Made by a program: the position numbers and the translations under genes | Part shown: positions 56,993-64,000 of the stretch, in pieces | Layout: every line of letters begins with the position of its first letter | Numbering within the stretch: position 1 is the stretch's first letter | NCBI GenBank assembly: GCA_035637535.1 | Contig: DASPWZ010000009.1 | Span: forward strand, 1,082 to 65,081 | DNA length: 64,000 nt | Reading direction: 5' to 3' | Source of the DNA: Candidatus Dormiibacterota bacterium | Lineage (GTDB): Archaea > Thermoproteota > Bathyarchaeia > 40CM-2-53-6 | Notes under the pieces: generated by a model | Database searches by the model: none | What the model was told of the DNA's origin: nothing | What the model saw: the letters and a program-made list of their open reading frames with translations, nothing else

Positions 56993-57057
56993 TCGTTGGA
57001 TCGGCTCAGTCGCAAGCACCGACCTATTATACGCAATGTACAATTCGCCCAGGTCAG

Positions 57058-57906
57058 ATGAGCCCTGATTACCGAGTAATCATCGGCGACAGTCGTCGAA
57101 TGAGCGAAGTCACCGACGAATCGGTCCACCTTACCGTGACCTCGCCCCCATATCCTATGGTATCGATCTGGGACGACTCTTTCGCGGAAGCTTCAGCTCC
57201 ATCCTACGATGATATGCACGAGTATCTCAACGAGGCTTGGCGTGAAATCAGAAGAGCGCTTGTTCCTGGCGGCATTGTCTGCATCAACATTGGAGATGCG
57301 ACCCGGACCTCGAATGGAATATTCCACCTCTACCCCAACCATTCCAGAACAATCGAGAACTTTGAGAAGCTCGGCTTCGTAACTCTGCCCTACGTGCTCT
57401 GGAAGAAGCCCACCAACCGGCCCCATTACAAGGGCAAAGGAGCGTTCTTGGGATCAGGATTCCTTCCACCAAACGCGTACGTAACGCTCGACATGGAATA
57501 CGTGCTCATCTTCCGCAAAGGCTCACCACGTAGCTTCCCGCCAAAAGACCCCAGACGGTATGACAGCAAGTTCACCAAGAAAGAACGGGACGAATGGTTC
57601 TCACAAGTCTGGAAGGTCCCTGGTGCGAGACAGGATATTGAAGGTCTTGAGCGGCGAGTAGCAGCTTTTCCGGAAGAGATTCCTAAGAGGTTGATTAAGA
57701 TGTTCTCGATTCTAGGAGACACGGTCCTCGACCCGTTCCTTGGGTCCGGGACAACACTCAAGGTTGCCATGGACCTCGACCGCAAGTTCGTGGGCTACGA
57801 AAAACTCCCACAAATGGCTGAGATCATCAAACGGAGAGTCGGGTCCAACCGAAGACTAGTAGAGTTTCTTGAGCAGGGCCGCGTCGTCAACGAACTCGTT
57901 GGATAG
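57058..57906 (+). CDS. N4/N6 DNA methyltransferase (N6_N4_Mtase family), apparently orphan
   Basis: ATG at 57058 lies inside a longer ORF. Catalytic motif SPPY (LTVTSPPYP) is near the N-terminus. The C-terminal SAM motif is VLDPFLGSGTT. Confidence 0.8.
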   Translation: MSPDYRVIIGDSRRMSEVTDESVHLTVTSPPYPMVSIWDDSFAEASAPSYDDMHEYLNEAWREIRRALVPGGIVCINIGDATRTSNGIFHLYPNHSRTIENFEKLGFVTLPYVLWKKPTNRPHYKGKGAFLGSGFLPPNAYVTLDMEYVLIFRKGSPRSFPPKDPRRYDSKFTKKERDEWFSQVWKVPGARQDIEGLERRVAAFPEEIPKRLIKMFSILGDTVLDPFLGSGTTLKVAMDLDRKFVGYEKLPQMAEIIKRRVGSNRRLVEFLEQGRVVNELVG

Positions 57907-57920
57907 ATATGATGAGTTAG

Positions 57921-58301
57921 CTACTCGTCCTCGAAGACCATCACATCTTTTGTCTTCTTCACCATGTCGCCGAAGACTCCCTTGTACCGGGTGGCCCGGA
58001 TCGGAGTGTCGTCAATGTAATGGTACTCGTCTCCTTCATAGCGCCTAGGCTTGCCGAGGATCAGCTGGTGATACCTCACTCCATGTTTCTGAAGCCAGGT
58101 CAGAGTAGCTTCTCTATGTTCTTCTGTTCTAGCCGTGAAGAAGCAGATGAAGTGGCCCTGGTCATGCCATTGGTTGATCTTTGTGATCGAGTCAGGATAT
58201 GGTTGCGCGGATGACATCAGCTCAGAATGCTCATTGTCCACATGTTCGCAGATGCACCCGTCAATGTCGATAATGAAGATCTTCCTCAACGAGACTCGCA
58301 C
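57921..58301 (-). CDS. HAD-superfamily phosphatase-like protein
   Basis: 126-aa ORF. Motif I is IIDIDGCIC, followed by FFTAR and a downstream Asp-containing IDD. Confidence 0.5.
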   Translation of the reverse strand: MRVSLRKIFIIDIDGCICEHVDNEHSELMSSAQPYPDSITKINQWHDQGHFICFFTARTEEHREATLTWLQKHGVRYHQLILGKPRRYEGDEYHYIDDTPIRATRYKGVFGDMVKKTKDVMVFEDE

Positions 58302-58530
58302 GCTGAATGTCTTATGGAATGCTTAGAACGTTTCCCATTTTCGCCCGTTCTATTCGCGCCAGTAACGGTCGATTTACTTTCGAGTGCGACCCCCTATTGT
58401 TGACACGGATTCTCTGCGATACTTGAACGGTGACAAAGTTCCAACTACAGCTTACAGCTGCTGGGCATGATCGTATACGGGCGCTCTGAGAATCTGAATG
58501 CGATGCAAGGATCTGCAGGTCGGAGAATAC

Positions 58531-58884
58531 ATGAGAAACAAGCACATAGCAATATTCGTGATCGCTCTAGTCGCTGTTGCAGTTCTCGCATGGTACCAGA
58601 GTCTACCCCGGCCTCATGGCCCGGCGAGCCCGACCGCGCACTGGACAGAGTACGTGTTGACCAAAAATGGTAACCATACTCAGGTTCAAGCCTCGTACAG
58701 TGATGGACAAGTGACCACGGATCAGATAATCTGGCTGAATTTCGACAATAGGACCGCGGTCTACAACTATTTCGGCTGCACCCCCTCGATGCCCGGCTGC
58801 ACACTCGACGGCTGCGCCTTCACAGTCCTCAACGATACTGCGACGGAATACCGGGTGAAAGTCTACTGCACACCTGGAGCCTGA
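58531..58884 (+). CDS. small secreted/anchored hypothetical protein
   Basis: Internal ATG at 58531 gives MRNKHIAIFVIALVAVAVLAWY, a signal anchor. The ORF is open from 58498. Confidence 0.5.
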   Translation: MRNKHIAIFVIALVAVAVLAWYQSLPRPHGPASPTAHWTEYVLTKNGNHTQVQASYSDGQVTTDQIIWLNFDNRTAVYNYFGCTPSMPGCTLDGCAFTVLNDTATEYRVKVYCTPGA

Positions 58885-58903
58885 GCCCTTACCCGAGCAT
58901 CTA

Positions 58904-59584
58904 TCATCGCTCTCGTTGGAGAGCTTTGACCAGCCCAGGTAGCGCGCGTAGATTAGGAACCCTATAATCCGGGTCGCCTCCCCGGTTTCCTCTGCGATCA
59001 ACGATCACAGAGATCATTCCGACAGCTTTGGCCCCCTCGATATCGGTCCTAGGATTATCGCCGATATAGATGCTGGATTTCGGCTGCACTCTGAGTTTTC
59101 TCGCGATGAGACTAAATGACTCATGACCAGGCTTGACCCTAGGCGTGTCCTCACCCGCGACCACAATAGCATCGAATAGGTTGTGGAAAGGGACCTGTCG
59201 TATCCTCTTCCTCTTCATCCCCGGTGTCCCGTCACTGTCTGAGACGATACCAAGCTTGTATCCGACGCGTTTCAATTTGCGGACGGTCGGCTCTGCGTCC
59301 TTGAAAGGGGGGCTGTTCGCCGCATAGACTCTCCAGTACTGAAGCGTTAGATCGCGGATCCATTTTGGGTCCATCCGCTTCAGCCCCAGTTCCTTGAACA
59401 GTGTCTTCCACCATACATCTCTATTGTATCGGAATTTTCGCCCCAACATTTCATGATCGATACGCCGCAGATGTTCGAATAATCGGACATGGCCCATGGA
59501 GTAGCCGTTTTTCTTCAGCTGCTTGGAAACAAGCTTCGCGACAGCGAGCAGTGAGAGTCTGGCCCCGATCGGCGATCTGAGCAA
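58904..59584 (-). CDS. HAD-superfamily hydrolase; the true N-terminus probably lies upstream of the annotated TTG
   Basis: HAD motifs II-IV are present (GIVSDSDG, K...GDN..TDI). The nucleophile motif I (VVFDLDNTL) is in frame at 59585-59608, upstream of the only canonical start. Confidence 0.75.
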   Translation of the reverse strand: MLRSPIGARLSLLAVAKLVSKQLKKNGYSMGHVRLFEHLRRIDHEMLGRKFRYNRDVWWKTLFKELGLKRMDPKWIRDLTLQYWRVYAANSPPFKDAEPTVRKLKRVGYKLGIVSDSDGTPGMKRKRIRQVPFHNLFDAIVVAGEDTPRVKPGHESFSLIARKLRVQPKSSIYIGDNPRTDIEGAKAVGMISVIVDRRGNRGGDPDYRVPNLRALPGLVKALQRER

Positions 59585-59645
59585 GGTGTTGTCTAGGTCG
59601 AAGACGACCGCTTCGATCTCTCGCGCCGGAATGGCTACTGCCCTT

Positions 59646-60422
59646 CTAGTCGTAGGTCTCTGGTCTTCGATCGGCGAACCGTTCTCTACGGAGACGGTTA
59701 TGGAATGAGAGGTCGATCTCTTGGATCACAATTCCCTCTCCCATTCTGGAAACTGACGCGATTTTTGGATGAGAGATCTTTGTTCTACGGTCCTCTCTCA
59801 AGCTAATGATCATGCTGTGGCCATTAAACCGCGGCGGCGCATACACGTTCGGAGCGACTATCGGCATACGATTCTCCAAGCAGCGAACGGTAACGTACTG
59901 TTGCCAGGGCGTGATTCCCGGTTTCACTATTCTCGACGGGCAGAGTATCAATTCGACTCCGTTCAGTGCGTAGATGCGTGATGGTTCGGGAAAATCAACA
60001 TCGTAGCAGACCAGTATGCCGATCTTGTACCCCTTCACCTGAAAGACGGGATAGGAGCTCCCAGGCTTAGCGTACTTCCTTTCAAAACGGAACAAGTGGA
60101 CCTTGAACTGTCGCCCAATAATTTCCCCATCTTCTCCAATAACCGGACTGCTTAGCCGCACCCTTCCCTTGACCTTTTCATAGAACGCTCCTCCAACAAC
60201 AGCCACTCCATACTCCTCAGCCAGCGACTGCAGGCCTGGCAGAGGGCTCATGGGCGCGGGAATCACTTTCTCCGGCAACCAATGCTCAGGCAGACAGATG
60301 ATATCTACTTCTCTCTCTGCAGCTTTCTTCGCGAGCTTCACCGCGTGAAAGATCGTATCCTCCACGGATGTCTCGATTGGTTTGACCTGCACTGCCGCGG
60401 CTCGGATTATCTTCTTCGCCAC
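59646..60422 (-). CDS. carbon-nitrogen hydrolase (nitrilase superfamily)
   Basis: 258-aa ORF with the catalytic triad blocks LPEHW (Glu), FKVHLF (Lys) and ILVCYDVDFPE (Cys). Confidence 0.85.
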   Translation of the reverse strand: MAKKIIRAAAVQVKPIETSVEDTIFHAVKLAKKAAEREVDIICLPEHWLPEKVIPAPMSPLPGLQSLAEEYGVAVVGGAFYEKVKGRVRLSSPVIGEDGEIIGRQFKVHLFRFERKYAKPGSSYPVFQVKGYKIGILVCYDVDFPEPSRIYALNGVELILCPSRIVKPGITPWQQYVTVRCLENRMPIVAPNVYAPPRFNGHSMIISLREDRRTKISHPKIASVSRMGEGIVIQEIDLSFHNRLRRERFADRRPETYD

Positions 60423-60440
60423 TAAAAGAACAGTCCCAAG

Positions 60441-61694
60441 TTAGTCTCGCATTCTCTTGACGGCCAGGTCGACTAGCAGTCGCGCAACCTCCCGCTTCTC
60501 AGCCAGAGGAATGTGCACAACTTTCTTTCTAACATCGACAACATACAGCTCGTTCGTATCCACCTGGAACCCTACGCCCTCGTGTCCCACATCATTCGCT
60601 GCCACTAGGTCAGCATTCTTCTCGTGTATTATCTTGAACGCTTCATCAATCAGCTCTTCATTCGACACATTGTGTTCGGTCTTGAAGGCAACTAGGAATG
60701 TTTTCGGGCTTGCTCTCCGGATCTCCTCCAATATCTTGGGAGTTGCGCGAAGTTCCAAGTTGATCTGCGGTTTCTCGCGGGTCTTGATCTTCTTAGGAGC
60801 GACGGTTACGGGTCTGTAATCGGTCGGGGCGCCTGCGGCGAAGACTAGATCCGGTGCAGTCTTCTTGAGTTCGCCGAGAACCGCTTCCAGTAGTTCGGTC
60901 GTACTCTCAACCCTGAGCGTCTTAATCCCGAAGGGCGGATTTACCGTCCCGGGACCCAGAATCAGCGTCGTGCTCGCGCCACGAGAAGCAACCTCCTCTG
61001 CGATGGCTACGCCCATCTTCCCGGAACTCCGATTAGTTACAACGCGGACAGGATCGATGTGTTCGATTGTTGGACCTGCGGTCACGAGAACTCGTCGACC
61101 CTCCAAGTCCCTACTTTGACTACTTGACAAGCGTGCGATAACTGAACGAACTATATTCTCTGTGGAAGCGATCTTCGCCTTTCCCTCTGAGACTTCTGGC
61201 TCGATGAATTCTACACCAATCTTCTTGAGCCGTGAGATGTTCTCTTGGACGATCGGATGGTCGTACAAGGGCTCGTGCATCGCAGGCGCAATCATTACCG
61301 GTATTCGTGAGCCGATAGCGGTCGCGGCGACTGTGGTGAGAGGTGTGTCATCAATTCCCGTGGCCAACTTTCCTATTGTGTTTGCAGTAGCTGGTGCCAC
61401 CAGAACTAGGTCTGTGTGGCCCTCGCTCTTCCCACCGAGCGCGATATGCTCTAGCTTACCCGTGAGATGTGTGACTACGGGGTTTCCTGTTGCCCATTCG
61501 AGAAGATCCGCGCCAATCATCTTCTCCGTGGAGGGAGAAATGACCGCGTAGACATCTGCTCCGTGGCGCATAAGCTCGCGAGCAATTTCCGGCGCCTTGA
61601 ACGAAGCAACACTACTCGTCACGAGGAGTGCGATCTTCCTTCCAGCCAGTTCTCGACCCTTGGAGGAGATGATGTCTTTGGACGGATGGCTCAT
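60441..61694 (-). CDS. coaBC: bifunctional phosphopantothenoylcysteine decarboxylase / phosphopantothenate-cysteine ligase
   Basis: 417-aa ORF. An N-terminal flavoprotein domain (KIALLVTSSVASFKAPEIAREL, PATANTIGK) is followed by a C-terminal CoaB domain (VTAGPT.E.IDPVR...N.SSGKMG). Confidence 0.9.
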   Translation of the reverse strand: MSHPSKDIISSKGRELAGRKIALLVTSSVASFKAPEIARELMRHGADVYAVISPSTEKMIGADLLEWATGNPVVTHLTGKLEHIALGGKSEGHTDLVLVAPATANTIGKLATGIDDTPLTTVAATAIGSRIPVMIAPAMHEPLYDHPIVQENISRLKKIGVEFIEPEVSEGKAKIASTENIVRSVIARLSSSQSRDLEGRRVLVTAGPTIEHIDPVRVVTNRSSGKMGVAIAEEVASRGASTTLILGPGTVNPPFGIKTLRVESTTELLEAVLGELKKTAPDLVFAAGAPTDYRPVTVAPKKIKTREKPQINLELRATPKILEEIRRASPKTFLVAFKTEHNVSNEELIDEAFKIIHEKNADLVAANDVGHEGVGFQVDTNELYVVDVRKKVVHIPLAEKREVARLLVDLAVKRMRD

Positions 61695-61709
61695 GTTTCG
61701 ATGTGTCCC

Positions 61710-61973
61710 CTACCTCTTCAGTTTCCCTGTTTCGTATGCCGAATCCAATAGTTCGATTAACTCGTTGAGAGTGTACTTTCCAGCGCTAGCTGGTATTCTG
61801 CGCAGAATATCAGGCAGTGCGGGGAGCATGGGTCGAATGAATGCCGGGATCTTTTCGTACATTACCTGGACGCCCGCTATTATCTCGTCTGCATCCTTTC
61901 CTTGGATGCTGGTCCCCTTCGGTTTTGCCCTAGTCTTCGCACTCAATATCGTCACAGCTTGACTGGCGCTCAT
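61710..61973 (-). CDS. hypothetical protein
   Basis: 87-aa ORF immediately upstream of coaBC on the same strand. Confidence 0.45.
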   Translation of the reverse strand: MSASQAVTILSAKTRAKPKGTSIQGKDADEIIAGVQVMYEKIPAFIRPMLPALPDILRRIPASAGKYTLNELIELLDSAYETGKLKR

Positions 61974-62091
61974 AGCCTTACCATATAATGGGTTCTCGTT
62001 ACAATCAAGTTGTTCATTCGGCCGTTTGAGCTAGGTCTCCATGCTGTACGAACGTCTCTAAAGATTCCGTGGAAGTTCAGCAGTCCCTTAG

Positions 62092-63213
62092 TCACGGGAA
62101 CAGTGGAGCAGGCGATTCTCCAAAGCCCGGAAGACCGGTCTGTATCGCAGAACTATGAATCAGAGTCCATTGATGCCATTTCCTCCAGAGCCGACGCGAG
62201 AAGAGGACGAAGAATAGATCAGCGACAACTATCAGCAAGTTGCCAGTCCCAATGCTTGCTATGAAACCAAAGACGACAATTGGGAAGAGTAGGCCAATGC
62301 CAAACCCTACTTTCTGCTCTTGGTTGTTTGTTGATCCCATCGATTTGAAGGCTCGGGTCAGTATGAGTATTGCGAAGATTATGTCGAGTATCATGGGGAT
62401 TATTGGAGGAATGCTTGCTCCGGCAGCAATGCCTCCAGTCAGCAAGGTCGCCGGAAACAATAATGCGCCTACTACCGCGAACTTTCGGGGACCCCAATCT
62501 GGCTCAGACGGTTTAATCTTCAGGAAATTTCCCGGAAGTTTTCGGGCCGTGATTATTAGGATCGCTATGACGAGCGCGGAGAAAAGCAACAATCCCCCAC
62601 CGGGAGTATAGTTGGGATAGATAACAGACTCTAGAACGAATAGGGCAAAGCAGTCGATCGTAAGACCGAAAATGCTGAACGTTAATCCCGCCCCAGAGAC
62701 TAGGCTCTTCGATTTTAGTTCTGGAAAGACTAGGCCGAAAAGGAAGATTGGGAGGCCGATACTGTATACCGAATGGAATATCAAAAGGCCAACCGTCCAG
62801 ACCCAGTTTACGCCTAGCCAGTGACCGTAGAAGCCGAGATTGCCGACCGGTTGCGCTAAAGGATTGAACAGGGTCCACAGTGCTATTCCTTCCTCGACGA
62901 TTCCATAAGCGACTCCAAGGAGGAAGACTGAAGCCCAGCCTTTTTTCCAGCGGATCATTGCCTCTCGTATCAATATGACACCCGAGCCGTAGAGTCCAAG
63001 ATTTGCCGCTAGTAATCCGAAGAAGACTAGAGGGCTAATCACCAGCAACGTAAGCTGACTGGAGGCCGAGAGATACTCAGGAATACCGGGCGTTAGGAGA
63101 AGCAGGAATAATAATGGATGAGACTTGAGAAACCGGACTAGTCTGGAAACCAGATTCATGGACTGCGGGCTCGGACTCATTGAAGGGGGCAACGACAAAG
63201 ACTTGGACCTCAC
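62092..63213 (-). CDS. multi-pass membrane protein, unknown function
   Basis: 373-aa ORF with ~9-10 TM helices. Confidence 0.6.
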   Translation of the reverse strand: MRSKSLSLPPSMSPSPQSMNLVSRLVRFLKSHPLLFLLLLTPGIPEYLSASSQLTLLVISPLVFFGLLAANLGLYGSGVILIREAMIRWKKGWASVFLLGVAYGIVEEGIALWTLFNPLAQPVGNLGFYGHWLGVNWVWTVGLLIFHSVYSIGLPIFLFGLVFPELKSKSLVSGAGLTFSIFGLTIDCFALFVLESVIYPNYTPGGGLLLFSALVIAILIITARKLPGNFLKIKPSEPDWGPRKFAVVGALLFPATLLTGGIAAGASIPPIIPMILDIIFAILILTRAFKSMGSTNNQEQKVGFGIGLLFPIVVFGFIASIGTGNLLIVVADLFFVLFSRRLWRKWHQWTLIHSSAIQTGLPGFGESPAPLFP

Positions 63214-63279
63214 GGAGGCGAGTACACGTCTGGGGCTATCTCAGAATTCAATATACCGTTCCCAGCGCTGGAAAGCGCC

Positions 63280-64000
63280 TTGAACAAGAAAAATGTCGAC
63301 TGGCCCCAGCAGCTATTCATCAAACACGGAAACCTATTCCTAAAGCTGTTGGAGAATAGGACTGACTCAAAGAAGCTCGAAGTCGATGGACTTGTCCGAA
63401 TCTTTGAAGAGTTCAATGTCCCAAAGCATGCTAGGATCCTTGACGTTTCTTGTGGAATTGGCCGCCACTCGATCCCACTAGCTGAAAGAGGGTATGATGT
63501 TCTCGGTCTGGACCTTTCTCCTCTCTTCATTGCCAAGGCGAATGCGACATCGGAGGCGCGAAAGCTCAGCTCCCGAGCAAAGTTTCGTGTTGCAGATGTG
63601 AGAGAGATCGCGAGCGTCCTCCATCGTGAGGATTTTTTCAATGTGGTTCTGAACCTCTGGAGTTCACACGGATACTATGGCGAAGAAGAGGATGTTCGAA
63701 TGTTCACTGCTCTTAGAAACCGGACAGTTCGAAATGGGTTGCTAGTCGACGATACAGTCAACCGAGACTATCTGATCATCAATCCGCAACCAACAACGGT
63801 CGATATGGTTGGAGATATGGAACTACGTGAGTGTAGGAGGTTCGACCCAGAAACTTCGTGGCATGAGAGCAACTGGTCTTTCTCCATGAAAAGGGGACAG
63901 GATTTCAAACTAAAGGCAAAGCTGAGGATTCATCATCGAGTCTACTCATTGCATGAATTGAGGGCACTGCTCCAAAGAGCAGGATGGCAATACGTAAAGA
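63280..64000 (+). CDS. class I SAM-dependent methyltransferase (3' end outside the window)
   Basis: The frame is open from 63184 to the window end. TTG at 63280 is the only canonical start before motif I ILDVSCGIGRHSIPLAERGYDVLGLDLS. It is absent from the ORF track because no stop occurs in the window. Confidence 0.7.
   Translation, partial: MNKKNVDWPQQLFIKHGNLFLKLLENRTDSKKLEVDGLVRIFEEFNVPKHARILDVSCGIGRHSIPLAERGYDVLGLDLSPLFIAKANATSEARKLSSRAKFRVADVREIASVLHREDFFNVVLNLWSSHGYYGEEEDVRMFTALRNRTVRNGLLVDDTVNRDYLIINPQPTTVDMVGDMELRECRRFDPETSWHESNWSFSMKRGQDFKLKAKLRIHHRVYSLHELRALLQRAGWQYVK

Noticed and set aside
56800-57057. 5' extension of the DNA methyltransferase ORF (MGTAWGRAGYRGEDSRGRKG...)
   Set aside because: It overlaps the 3' end of the dienelactone hydrolase gene in another frame and is Arg/Gly-rich. 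ATG 57058 precedes the conserved methyltransferase core.
63210-63641. 143-aa minus-strand ORF
   Set aside because: It overlaps the plus-strand methyltransferase frame, which has clear SAM-binding motifs (ILDVSCGIGRH...GLDLS). The minus-strand translation has no motifs.

Overview
The window looks like an archaeal chromosomal segment. Markers are diphthamide synthase Dph2, ribosomal protein L10e/uL16, a PAC2-type proteasome chaperone, a UPF0146 protein, tightly packed short operons and AT-rich TATA-like boxes. GC is about 50-55% by eye. I support about 75 protein-coding genes. I recognised no rRNA, tRNA or CRISPR array by eye.

Gene content:
- Housekeeping genes: dph2, rpl10e, ppsA, coaBC, ogt, and two nitrilase-superfamily hydrolases.
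- Envelope genes: an MMPL transporter, a 1112-aa surface protein with a large internal duplication, a BNR/sialidase-like protein, a COG4880 beta-propeller protein, and a GH5-like glycosidase.
- A vapBC toxin-antitoxin pair.
- A mercury-resistance cluster: merA, a short MerB-like gene and a divergent ArsR regulator.
- An accessory patch at about 28.1-33.3 kb. It holds a strikingly GC-rich bacterial-type SDR gene, gene remnants, and a TIR-like plus HEPN-motif gene pair.

Most unusual signal: a family of conserved, apparently non-coding units of about 170-270 nt. There are two sequence types, here called A and B. They occur as tandem pairs at three loci (1360-1900, 18505-19017, 27275-27600), with a possible degenerate fourth copy at 13715-14000.
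- Shared motifs and stems that keep pairing through compensatory substitutions suggest a structured RNA or regulatory element. I cannot assign it to any family I know.
- Loci 1 and 2 are inverted relative to each other and bracket about 16.6 kb of core genes.

All functional calls rest on motif recognition from memory and on manual alignment. No searches were run.
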